From Planctomycetia bacterium (GTDB lineage: Bacteria; Planctomycetota; GCA-002687715), in NCBI GenBank assembly GCA_005790545.1, contig SXUL01000036.1:6534-70533 (forward strand): a stretch of 64,000 nt of DNA, in the 5' to 3' direction. Below, one piece after another: positions 27,993 to 37,015 of this stretch. How positions within the stretch are numbered: the stretch's first letter is position 1; every line of letters begins with the position of its first letter. The notes beneath the pieces were generated by a model. It saw only the letters and a list, made by a program, of their open reading frames with translations. It did not search any database and had not been told where the DNA came from. The position numbers were made by a program, and so were the translations under genes.

Positions 27993-29075
27993 TCAGGCGA
28001 CTCCCACGGGTTGAGGCTGACTCAGCATGCGCAAGAGGTCCTCCTTGTCCGTCGTGTGTTCGAGGGCCACAGCCTTGGTGATCAAGCGCCGCTGCGCGAG
28101 GGCCGCGAGCGAGGCGTTCATGGTCTGCATCCCCTCGCGTCCGCCGGTCTGCAACTGCGAATAGACCTGGTGCGCCTTGTCTTCACGGATGAGCGCGCGG
28201 ATGGCGGAATTGGCGACGAGGATCTCCGACGCGAGGATGCGTCCCTTGCCGCTCGCATGTGGCAAGAGCTGCTGGCAGAAGACCGCCTGCAACACGAAGG
28301 AGAGCTGCGTCCGGATTTGCTGCTGCTGCCAGGCGGGAAAAACGTCCACGATGCGGTTGATGGTCTGCACAGCGTCGGACGTGTGCAGCGTGCCGAACGT
28401 GAGGTGCCCGGTTTCCGCAAGTGTGAGCGCAGCCTCGATGGTCTCGAGGTCGCGCATTTCTCCGATCAAGACCACGTCAGGGTCCTGACGCAGGACGCTT
28501 CTCAGCGCCTTGCCGAACTGACGCGTATCCGAGCCGACTTCACGCTGGTTGATCAGCGCGCGTTTCCCGCGATGCAAGAACTCGATCGGGTCCTCGATGG
28601 TGACGACATGCACGTCGCGGGTGCGGTTGATGTAGTCGATCATGGAGGCAAGGGTCGTGGACTTGCCGCTGCCCGTGGCGCCGGTCACCAGCACCAACCC
28701 GCGCGGAATGGCGCACAGACTCTCGCAAAGCTGCACCGGCAGCCCGAGCTTGGTGAGCCCGGCCACCTCGAAGGGAATGAGCCGGAACACTGCGGCCACA
28801 CTTCCCTTCTGCAGGAACACGTTCGCGCGGAAACGTCCGATGCCCTCCACACCAAAGGACAGGTCCAACTCCCAGTCGCGTTCGAAGGTCGCGATCTGAT
28901 CGTTGTTGAGCACGGAGTAGATCATGCGCCGCGCATCATCCGGCTGCAGAGGCTCCGTCGTGAGATCGGCGAGATCGCCGTGCAAGCGCATCTTCACCGG
29001 CGCGCCGGGAGACAAGTGGAGGTCCGAGCCTCCGCGCGTCACCAGCGCAGAAAGGTATTCCTCGAGATGGGGCAT
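27993..29075 (-). CDS. pilT: Type IV pilus retraction ATPase PilT
   Basis: SDLHL, GATGSGKSTT, TIEDPIEF, LRQDPDVVLIGEMRD, ETGHL..TLH, AIRALIRE. Confidence 0.95.
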   Translation of the reverse strand: MPHLEEYLSALVTRGGSDLHLSPGAPVKMRLHGDLADLTTEPLQPDDARRMIYSVLNNDQIATFERDWELDLSFGVEGIGRFRANVFLQKGSVAAVFRLIPFEVAGLTKLGLPVQLCESLCAIPRGLVLVTGATGSGKSTTLASMIDYINRTRDVHVVTIEDPIEFLHRGKRALINQREVGSDTRQFGKALRSVLRQDPDVVLIGEMRDLETIEAALTLAETGHLTFGTLHTSDAVQTINRIVDVFPAWQQQQIRTQLSFVLQAVFCQQLLPHASGKGRILASEILVANSAIRALIREDKAHQVYSQLQTGGREGMQTMNASLAALAQRRLITKAVALEHTTDKEDLLRMLSQPQPVGVA

Positions 29076-29152
29076 GGCAGCGTCCCCGGAGGGGGACCTG
29101 CCCACTTATCGGCCGCAGTCATGCGGCGGCAAAGTCGCACGTTGAGGTGACT

Positions 29153-31129
29153 TCAGTCTTCGTCGCCGTGGTGTGGTTTGAAGGCTTCCGACATCTGCTT
29201 CTGCGTGGCCGCGGGCACCTGCATGTAGGGCCCGGGGGACAAGCTGAACGAACCTTCGCCACTCGTGATGGCGGTGAGCACGCGCGCGTAGTCGCTCGCT
29301 TCCATGAGCGGCATCTCGGCCTTGAGCACCTGCAGATCGCCATGTTGATCCATGCCGATGATGCGCCCGCGCCGCGTGGTGAGGTCTCCACTCACATCCC
29401 CCATGAAACGTCCGGGGATCACGATCTCGAGCATGGCATGTGGTTCGAGAAGGGCGGGCCGGGCTTTCGTCACGGCGTCCGTGAAGGCCCGCCCACCCGC
29501 CAGCTTGAAGGCCGCCTCGGAAGAGTCCACATCGTGGTACTTGCCGTCACGGATGCTCACCTTGACGTCTGCCAACGGGTAACCGGCCAGCACTCCGTGC
29601 TCCATGCGTTCGCGCACGCCCTTCTCGATGGCTGGCTCGAAGTTCCTCGGTACGGAGCCGCCGAAGATGTCCCACGACCAGACGAGACCGCTGCCTGGCT
29701 CGGCCGGACTCACGGCCAGGAACACCTCCGCAAACTGGCCGCGCCCACCGGACTGCTTCTTGTGCCGGAAGTGCCCCTCAGCAGAGCCCATGACGCATTC
29801 CTTGTAGGGGATGTGCGGCTTGTGTGTTTCCACCTCCACGCCGAAGCGCTCTTTCATGCGCTTCAACATGAGATCGAGATGCAGATGACTGATGCCGTTC
29901 ACCACCTGCTCATGCGTGGCCGTCTCGCGATGAGGGACGAAGGTCGGGCACTCTTCCGCGAGCTTGTGCAGTGCTTCCGAGATCTTGGCCTCGTCGCCGC
30001 GCGACTTCGGCACCACGGCCAGCGCGAACATGGGCACGGGACATTCGGCCCGCTTCACCACAAGATCGCTCGTGTGATGCCCGAGCATGTCGCCGCGGTG
30101 GAGGCCGTCGATCTTCGCGAGCACGATGAGTTCCCCCGGCCCCGCATCGGTGATCTCCGTGGTTCCGTGGCCGTGTGCGCGCAGGATGTGCGCGGCGCGC
30201 TCTTTCTTGTCCTTTCCGAACACCACGAATGCATCGCCGCTCTTGATGCAGCCTTGGATGATGCGCACATGGGCCAGCTTGCCCACGTGGCGGTCGATCT
30301 GCACGCGCCAGACGTAGCCGAGGAAGGGCGCCTCGGGGAGCGCGGCCATCGCTTCTGGCGGATGCTCCGGATGCCCGGCCGGGAACACGACCCGCTTCGC
30401 TTCTTCCGGACTCGGTCCGAGCTCCGTGATGAGATCGAGCACCGTGTCCACACCACGGTCCTTCTCGGCGGTTGTGAAGATCACCGGGATGACACGCCCG
30501 ACGCCTACAGCCGTGCGCGCGGCAGCGGCCACTTCGGCATCGGAGAGTTCGGCGCCCTCGAGATAGCGCCCCGTGAGAGCGTCATCGACTTCCACCACAG
30601 CCTCGGTGAAGGCCTGCTTCCACTCACCGAATTCCGCGGGTGCACGCCACGGGATGCAGCGTTCACCGAACGCCTTGCGCAGGCTCTCCAGCACACCTTG
30701 CAGTGCGCCGGTCGCTGTGTCGCACTTCGTCACCACGATCGCCCGCGCCTTGCCGGCATCGAACGCCATCTGGAACACCTTGCGGGTGTTCACCATCACG
30801 CCGGAATGAGCGTTGACGCAAACGAGCACGAAATCCGCGACATCGATTCCGAGTGCTGCATCGCCGACAAAGTCGGGATAACCGGGAGTGTCCACAAGCT
30901 CGACGGACTTGCCGGCCCACTTCAGACTCGCGACCGCCAACGAGATCGAATGCTGGCGCTCCTTCTCGTCGTGTTCGTAATCGAGGAACGTCGTCTTCTC
31001 CTTGATGGTTCCGAGCCGCGTGATGGCACCGGCCTTCATCAACATGTGCTCCGCGAGCGTGGTCTTGCCCGCGTCACCGTGGCCCACCAATGCGACGTTC
31101 CTGAGGTCACTCACAGCCGGGTGCGACAT
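29153..31129 (-). CDS. Elongation factor G paralog (EF-G2/EFG-II type)
   Basis: GHGDAGKTT, EKERQHSI (in place of RGITI), DTPGY (in place of DTPGH), KKQSGGRGQF, HDVDSSEAAF. Confidence 0.9.
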   Translation of the reverse strand: MSHPAVSDLRNVALVGHGDAGKTTLAEHMLMKAGAITRLGTIKEKTTFLDYEHDEKERQHSISLAVASLKWAGKSVELVDTPGYPDFVGDAALGIDVADFVLVCVNAHSGVMVNTRKVFQMAFDAGKARAIVVTKCDTATGALQGVLESLRKAFGERCIPWRAPAEFGEWKQAFTEAVVEVDDALTGRYLEGAELSDAEVAAAARTAVGVGRVIPVIFTTAEKDRGVDTVLDLITELGPSPEEAKRVVFPAGHPEHPPEAMAALPEAPFLGYVWRVQIDRHVGKLAHVRIIQGCIKSGDAFVVFGKDKKERAAHILRAHGHGTTEITDAGPGELIVLAKIDGLHRGDMLGHHTSDLVVKRAECPVPMFALAVVPKSRGDEAKISEALHKLAEECPTFVPHRETATHEQVVNGISHLHLDLMLKRMKERFGVEVETHKPHIPYKECVMGSAEGHFRHKKQSGGRGQFAEVFLAVSPAEPGSGLVWSWDIFGGSVPRNFEPAIEKGVRERMEHGVLAGYPLADVKVSIRDGKYHDVDSSEAAFKLAGGRAFTDAVTKARPALLEPHAMLEIVIPGRFMGDVSGDLTTRRGRIIGMDQHGDLQVLKAEMPLMEASDYARVLTAITSGEGSFSLSPGPYMQVPAATQKQMSEAFKPHHGDED

Positions 31130-31290
31130 ATGAATCTCCTTGGCTCGATGTGCCGAGAGAGACTACGCTCACGGGCCGGGGTCCGTCAAAGCCGCTCTGC
31201 GCAAGAAAGCACGTGGCGCATTGCAGAAAAAATGGCCACGGGCGCGGAACCAGTCGGCCCCGCGCCTGATAGCGTGAAGATCCGCAGTGC

Positions 31291-31998
31291 TCAGCGTCCG
31301 ATGAGGATTTCAACGCGGCGGTTGCGCGCGCGAGCCTCCTCGGTCTTCGCCTTGGAGAGCGGCTTGGTCTCGCCGAGTCCGGTGCAGGTCACTTGATCCG
31401 CGCCGAGACCAGCGGCCTTGACGAGACAGGCCTTCACCGACTCTGCGCGCGCAAGACTCAGCGCTTCGTTGGTTTTCCACTTGGCTGCTGACTTCTTGAT
31501 GGGCGTGTCGTCCGTATGCCCTTCAATGGCGATGCGGCAGTCCTTGTCACTGGCGAGAGCTTTCGCCACGCGCGCGAGGATCTTCTGGCCGGCGGGCGTG
31601 ACTTCAGCACTGCCCGACGCGAACATGTCCTTCGAATTCATGCGCAGCAACGTGCCCTCGTCACCCTTGGCGACGACTTCAACATCCTTGTCCTTGAACT
31701 CGAACTTGCGCGCCTTCGGCGCCGGCTTGGCAGGAGCGACCTCGACGGGCGCTGCCACCTTTGCTGCAGCGGTCACGGCCTGAAGGTCCTCCATCTCCGC
31801 GCGCTGGGCATCCACCTGCTTCTGCATCACGAGATGCGTGGCGGCTGAATCCCGCAGCTGGCGCTTGAGCGCATCGTTTTCTGCGCTGCGCTCGGTGATG
31901 ATCCGGTCCTTCTCCTGGAGCAGCTCCTCCTTGTTTGAACAACCGGCAAGCAGAGCAAGACCCGCCAGCGTTCCCGCGAAAAACTTCACGCACTTCAT
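31291..31998 (-). CDS. OmpA/MotB-family peptidoglycan-binding lipoprotein
   Basis: Lipobox LLAGC, coiled coil, FASGSA, IEGHTDD, LSLARAESV, RNRRVEI. Confidence 0.9.
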   Translation of the reverse strand: MKCVKFFAGTLAGLALLAGCSNKEELLQEKDRIITERSAENDALKRQLRDSAATHLVMQKQVDAQRAEMEDLQAVTAAAKVAAPVEVAPAKPAPKARKFEFKDKDVEVVAKGDEGTLLRMNSKDMFASGSAEVTPAGQKILARVAKALASDKDCRIAIEGHTDDTPIKKSAAKWKTNEALSLARAESVKACLVKAAGLGADQVTCTGLGETKPLSKAKTEEARARNRRVEILIGR

Positions 31999-32025
31999 AG
32001 GAGACCTCCCCGACGGGTGTGCACG

Positions 32026-32907
32026 TCAGTGCGCACGCGCCATTCCCAGCCACAGCTCGAGGAGCTGCGGCCCCGCAAACATCACCACCAACATTCCAGC
32101 GGCAAGAAAAGGGCCGAATGGAATCTGGCGGCCTTGTCCGAGACACATGCCAATCACGCCGACGATTGCCCCGACGAAGGATGCAACCACCAACGCGAGA
32201 AAGACCCACATACCGAGCATGGCTCCCATGGCGCCGATCATCTTCACATCGCCGAAGCCCATGGCCTCGCGACGGAATGCTCTGGCGCCGAGCCACCCGA
32301 TCAACCACAACACGCCCGCACCAGCAGCCATGCCCACGAGACCGTCCGCGAGTGCAAGCACGCGAGGACCGGCATCCAAGTCCAGCAGCGCGCGCACAAA
32401 GCTGCGCCCGTGCTGAAAATCCGGTGCCGCGAATGCCAGCGCCGGCCCGAGCACCATGCCCCCGATGGTCAGTTCATCAGGCAGGATGCGGTGATCGATA
32501 TCGATGAGCGCGAGCGCGAGGAGCACCGAGAAGACAAGAGCCTGCACGCTCCACGCAATCCACTCTGTTTCTGAGGCTGCCAAGACAGCATCGTCTCTCC
32601 CACTCCAGAACCACATCAGCGCGCTGAGAGTGAACCACGTCGCAACAAGAGCCTCAACCAGAATGTAGCGCGGCGAGATCCGCGCTTTGCAGTGGCGGCA
32701 GCGGCCCTTGAGGAGGATCCAACTGACCAAGGGGATGTTGTCGTACCAAACGATCAGCGAGGCGCAGGAAGTGCAACGCGAGCGCGGACGCGCGATGGAC
32801 ATGCACTCGCGCGGCAGCCTGTAGACCACCACGTTCAGGAACGAACCGATGCACGCTCCCGAGAGACCGAGAAACGTGAGGATCACACCCTCAGCGCACG
32901 CGATCAC
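32026..32907 (-). CDS. pilD: Prepilin peptidase/N-methyltransferase
   Basis: GSFLNVVVYRLP, CxxC...CxxC, IDIDHRILPD, MGFGDVK, IPFGPFL. Confidence 0.95.
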   Translation of the reverse strand: MIACAEGVILTFLGLSGACIGSFLNVVVYRLPRECMSIARPRSRCTSCASLIVWYDNIPLVSWILLKGRCRHCKARISPRYILVEALVATWFTLSALMWFWSGRDDAVLAASETEWIAWSVQALVFSVLLALALIDIDHRILPDELTIGGMVLGPALAFAAPDFQHGRSFVRALLDLDAGPRVLALADGLVGMAAGAGVLWLIGWLGARAFRREAMGFGDVKMIGAMGAMLGMWVFLALVVASFVGAIVGVIGMCLGQGRQIPFGPFLAAGMLVVMFAGPQLLELWLGMARAH

Positions 32908-33081
32908 GTCAGCTCCCCCAACGAGCGACCGTGAACCCCACGGCGACTTCAGCGCCTGAAGCCACCGCTCCGGAATGTCATCCGCCCGCCAGCGGACTCA
33001 TCCCATGCAAGCAGCGCGAGCTTAGGGAATGCCGTGGTTTTCTGCAAGCCGGCGCCCGGCAAACGGGTACGCACCAATGCA

Positions 33082-33116
33082 AACCGGCGCCTCCCCCGTC
33101 GGGAAAGACGCCGGTC
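33082..33116 (-). terminator. Probable terminator after the large lipoprotein gene
   Basis: ACCGGCGTCTTTCC...GGAGGCGCCGGT hairpin followed by a short TTT. Confidence 0.45.
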
Positions 33117-33134
33117 ACAGCAAAGAGCAAGAGC

Positions 33135-35573
33135 TCAGTTCGAGATGGCCATCACGAAGTTGCTGTAGCGTTGGCGCCCATTGTTCGCCGCGTTGTTGCG
33201 GAAGCTCGCAAGAAAGCGGAAGAAGCGACGGCCCGTGAGCTGGGGCGCCAGAGGTTGCGCCGTATTGCGGAGAACCAACTGGTTCGTGGTTCCGGTTGCC
33301 GGGCTGCCGGTGAAGTAGGTCAGCATGCCCGTCGTCGGCCCGACCGGGTTGTTCGGACTCGCGATCGCGCTGGCACCTTCAAGCTGCCACACGGCGTTCG
33401 TCCCCGCAGGCTGGGATGCCGGGGATGGCGCGATGGAGAAGCTCTCGTAGATGGGCAAACCCACCGCGATGTTGGTGTCATAGAACGTCGAGCGCGCAGC
33501 CGCCGCGACGGGCACGAAGGTGAAGCGCATGTCGTAGATATCGCAGCCCGCCGCAGCGCTGACGTTGACGCCGCTGAAGCAGTTGGGCGTCATTGCCTTG
33601 GGTGGACCTGCGATGCGTCGGGCCGGGGTATTGGCGGACGAACGATAGCGGTTGAGGTTGAGGACGGTCAGCGTATTCGGGTCGAGGTTCTGCTCGAAGA
33701 CGAGGGCGCCGACGCCGACGCCTGAGCCGGTGTAATCAAAGGGCTGGGTGAATGCCGGGAACGGGTAGTAGGAAGTGAACCCCGGACCGCAGTTGAACGG
33801 CGCCGGATTGGTCACGCGAATCCCGCCCATGCTGCCCGCGGGCGGCGTGGCCGTGGACATGGGGCAATTCCCGTTGTTGTTGGGAGGATTCAGATTGAGC
33901 GGATCGGGAATCTGCGCCGTGGTCAGGTTGTAATTGAACGAGTAGAGCGCCGAGAGGCCGTTCTGACCGATCGGACAGTTGGCCGGGGCCTGAAGATTGG
34001 TCATCCCCGCCCAAGCGACGTAGCCCGGATAGAGAGCAATGTTGATGAAATTCTGCACGGGGCCGTACTCGACGAGCTCGAGCGAGTTTCTCGTGCCACC
34101 CAGATCAATCGCCTCATAGAGGTGCATGATGTGAGAGCCGCCCTGCGGATTCACTGCGGCGCCCAGATTGGCCGTTGGCGTGTCGAAGGGAGCCACGAGC
34201 CCTGGTGGGTTTGTCGTGCCGCCCACAGTGCCCACGAACTGCACGCCCGGAGTGAGCACGCGCTGGATGCGTGTCCCGAGATTGCCGGGGTTGCCCTGGT
34301 AGGTAGCGAGGGGTGAACCCGAGATCTGGCAACCACCCAGGAAACCCGCGTCAAAGGCTGCGTTCCACGCCGCTGCATTGAACTGCGCCACGTAGGTGGC
34401 GTCGCGTCCAGTGAGGCTGGCGAAGTCCTCCACCACCGAGGTCGAAGCCACACAGGGGGGACAGGCCGCACTGGTGAGGTTCACCGTGAGAATGCCGTTG
34501 GTCACGGTTCCGCCGGCCACATTGCTCGAGGGGAAGTTCAACGCGAGCTGCTGGGGAGGGCTGCCTTGCGGACGCCCGAGAATCGGGGTGATGCCCTGCG
34601 CATTGACCCCCACGAGCTTCACTTGAATGCTGTAGCCAAGCGGGCCGTACGACGGAGATGGCGTGAAGGTGGCAATGTTCGGAGTGGCAGCCTGAACCAC
34701 CACGTTCCCAGGAACGATGGAGTTGTTGAGGGTCACGTTGCGCACGGTGAAGTTCACGAGTTGGTCAAGGCTGTTCCCGTCGATGGCCTTGGTGAAGGTC
34801 ACCACGATGGTGTCCGTGCCGGTCATGGGATTCTGAAGACTGCCGGAGGTCACGCTCACGACGCTCGGCGGAATGGGGTCGGGCCCCGTGCCGGCACCCA
34901 CGTCGAAAATCTGCGCGATGGCCGGCTGCGTCGAGCACACCGGGGCCGGGAGCGGAAGGAGAAGCGGGCTCACTCCGCGCGTCAGCGCCGGGACGTTGCC
35001 AATCCAGAGGTTGCTGTTGGGCGGGATGTAGTAGGTGTACTGCGTCGCGGCCTGGAAGCCCGAATTGAATGGAGCTCCCATGGGATTCGGAGTCGTGACG
35101 CGGGGATCGACCACGAGGGTGTTCGGCTTCGTGGTGTGCCGCCCGACGATGTAACTCCCGAGCATCGGAGCATTCAGAGAGTTGGCTCGCACCTGAATGG
35201 ACAGCTGCGCCAACGCCTGATTGGCGAAAGGATAGTACGGAACGCCACCACTGGTCACCGTGGGCGACACGCCGAGGAGTTGCAACGCCTGACCGCCAAC
35301 CTGGAAGTACCCGCCGAAGCGCGTGATGTCGATGGGCCCGTCGAAGGTGAATTCGAGGGTCTCATCAATGAAGACCTGGGGCAGCGGCGAAGCCTGGTTC
35401 GGGTTGCAGGGAACCACTTCGTTGCCACTGAACGACGTCGCGACGAGGATGCCGGATGCGTTGGAGCCTGTGCCGCCCGCTCCGCCTCCGCCACCACAAC
35501 CGCCCATCGTGATCGCCACAAGCAGGGCGACAGACACAAACAGAATTGCTCCGGACACTTTCAGCCGCTGCAT
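33135..35573 (-). CDS. Large surface lipoprotein with Ig-like (Big_5/SbsA-like) domain
   Basis: SD AAGGAG; signal II ...AITMGG|C followed by a Gly linker; PPSVVSV...IVVTFTKAID..SL...ATFTP Ig-like segment; P/N/T/G-rich, few charged residues. Confidence 0.75.
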   Translation of the reverse strand: MQRLKVSGAILFVSVALLVAITMGGCGGGGGAGGTGSNASGILVATSFSGNEVVPCNPNQASPLPQVFIDETLEFTFDGPIDITRFGGYFQVGGQALQLLGVSPTVTSGGVPYYPFANQALAQLSIQVRANSLNAPMLGSYIVGRHTTKPNTLVVDPRVTTPNPMGAPFNSGFQAATQYTYYIPPNSNLWIGNVPALTRGVSPLLLPLPAPVCSTQPAIAQIFDVGAGTGPDPIPPSVVSVTSGSLQNPMTGTDTIVVTFTKAIDGNSLDQLVNFTVRNVTLNNSIVPGNVVVQAATPNIATFTPSPSYGPLGYSIQVKLVGVNAQGITPILGRPQGSPPQQLALNFPSSNVAGGTVTNGILTVNLTSAACPPCVASTSVVEDFASLTGRDATYVAQFNAAAWNAAFDAGFLGGCQISGSPLATYQGNPGNLGTRIQRVLTPGVQFVGTVGGTTNPPGLVAPFDTPTANLGAAVNPQGGSHIMHLYEAIDLGGTRNSLELVEYGPVQNFINIALYPGYVAWAGMTNLQAPANCPIGQNGLSALYSFNYNLTTAQIPDPLNLNPPNNNGNCPMSTATPPAGSMGGIRVTNPAPFNCGPGFTSYYPFPAFTQPFDYTGSGVGVGALVFEQNLDPNTLTVLNLNRYRSSANTPARRIAGPPKAMTPNCFSGVNVSAAAGCDIYDMRFTFVPVAAAARSTFYDTNIAVGLPIYESFSIAPSPASQPAGTNAVWQLEGASAIASPNNPVGPTTGMLTYFTGSPATGTTNQLVLRNTAQPLAPQLTGRRFFRFLASFRNNAANNGRQRYSNFVMAISN

Positions 35574-35650
35574 GCGCAAGCTCTCCTTTGATTCCAACCC
35601 ATTCCACCCCGTTGGCAGCCGGGTGGCCTCGCGCACGTGGCGCGGGGCCG

Positions 35651-35680
35651 ATCATATGAACAGATCACCCGACCCGTCAA
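35651..35680 (-). promoter_or_regulatory. Putative sigma70 promoter of the lipoprotein gene
   Basis: TTGACG-N18-TATGAT. Confidence 0.6.
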
Positions 35681-35712
35681 ACGACGAGGCAGAGGTCTTG
35701 TGAGCTCCTTCC

Positions 35713-35727
35713 GCAAGCCCCGTGCCG
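35713..35727 (-). promoter_or_regulatory. Putative sigma54 -24/-12 promoter
   Basis: CGGCACGGGGCTTGC matches consensus TGGCACG-N4-TTGC except the first base; exact GG-N10-GC spacing. Confidence 0.5.
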
Positions 35728-35839
35728 TCCCGGAAAGCCCAGTTTCACAGGTCCAAGAATCCGCGCAGCAAGGACTTCTGCATGCGTGCGAAGACGCACA
35801 CGTCAAATCGCACGGCGAAGGGGGCACCCGCGACGCACC

Positions 35840-37015
35840 TCATGCACCCGAGGCCGCCTCTTCGCAGTAATCACAGCGAGCGGTGCCGCTGGCGCCCTTG
35901 ACGAGACGTGCCCACTCCGGCGCTTCTTTGGCAGTGATACAGCTCGGATTTGCGCAGCGCCCTTCCACCCATGCGCCATCGCTCGACTGCCTCTCAGGGC
36001 CCTTGGGCAGGTCTACCAGCCCACAGCACCACAAGAGCAGCGCCATGCGAATGGGCACTCCGAGCGCCGCTTGACGGAAGTAAGCCGCGCGTGGGTCCGC
36101 ATCCAGCTCTCTCGCGATTTCGGAGACCCTCGGCAGGGGGTGAAGCACAATGCTCTCGTTGAAAGTGGGCGACGAGAGGAAGCGATGGTCGAGGATCGGC
36201 AGTGTGCCGCCGCCTGAGCCTCCGGCCAGGCGTTCCTTCTGAAGCCGTGTCACATAGATGGCGCTCACGCGACGGCCGGCCAGATCCAATGTTGCGGGCC
36301 CTGCCCCTGCGGCGGGCAGCATCGCGCGCGGCGCAATGAGTGTCGCGCAGACGCCTCGGCGCTTGAAAATCGCCTCCATGTCGTCGATGACCACTTCGCG
36401 CACGCCGTAGCCGGGCCGCTCGGCAAGATCACTCATGACGAAGGGCGGGAGCGTGAGGTCCCCGTCAGGAATCGCGAGCACGGTGGCGCCGAAGCGCACG
36501 AGGGCCCGCGAGAGCGAATGGACCGTGCGACCGAAACGAAGATCGCCGTAGAGCACGACGGTCTGTCCGGCGATGGGACCACGCTCACAACGCAGGGTGT
36601 AGAGATCGCACAGGGTCTGAGAGGGATGCTCGTGGCTGCCGTCACCGGCGTTGATGACCGGCCCCTTGGCGAGTCGGGCCGCGAGTCGCGCCGCGCCGGA
36701 CAATGGATGGCGCAGCACGAGCACGTCCACATAGCTGTCGACGATGCGCACTGTGTCGGCCAGCGTCTCACCCTTGACGGTGGATGACGTGTCGGGGTCG
36801 CTGCTCGTCACAACGCGCCCGCCGAGGCGCTGCATGCTGGTCTCGAAACTGAGGCGCGTGCGCGTACTGGGTTCGAGAAAGAGGCTCCCCATGACGTGAC
36901 CGGGAAGATCCGCAGTATGACCGCGCAAGTTGCCGCGGATGCGGTCCGCGAGATCCATGAGCTCGACAAGCGCAGCGTCGCCGAGATCGTCAATGGTGAT
37001 GAAGTCGCGTTTCAT
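35840..37015 (-). CDS. pyrB: Aspartate carbamoyltransferase catalytic chain with fused C-terminal PyrI-type zinc domain
   Basis: EPSTRT, KGETLADT, INAGDGSHEHPSQ, GDLRFGRTVHS, TRLQKER, HPLPR, YFRQA; C-terminal CANPSCIT...RCDYCE. Start ATG 37015 overlaps the upstream stop. Confidence 0.93.
   Translation of the reverse strand: MKRDFITIDDLGDAALVELMDLADRIRGNLRGHTADLPGHVMGSLFLEPSTRTRLSFETSMQRLGGRVVTSSDPDTSSTVKGETLADTVRIVDSYVDVLVLRHPLSGAARLAARLAKGPVINAGDGSHEHPSQTLCDLYTLRCERGPIAGQTVVLYGDLRFGRTVHSLSRALVRFGATVLAIPDGDLTLPPFVMSDLAERPGYGVREVVIDDMEAIFKRRGVCATLIAPRAMLPAAGAGPATLDLAGRRVSAIYVTRLQKERLAGGSGGGTLPILDHRFLSSPTFNESIVLHPLPRVSEIARELDADPRAAYFRQAALGVPIRMALLLWCCGLVDLPKGPERQSSDGAWVEGRCANPSCITAKEAPEWARLVKGASGTARCDYCEEAASGA

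Noticed and set aside
29147-31396. 749-aa + strand ORF, and similar long antisense ORFs at 10260-11816, 37949-40159, 42665-44539, 49946-51574, 54871-57189 and 61355-63844
   Set aside because: They shadow well-supported minus-strand genes, have no recognisable motifs, and are expected from stop-codon scarcity in high-GC coding DNA.
33055-33130. GCAAAC...GAAA...GCAAAG resembling a c-di-GMP-I riboswitch
   Set aside because: Antisense to the flanking genes with no P2 stem; better explained as a minus-strand terminator hairpin.
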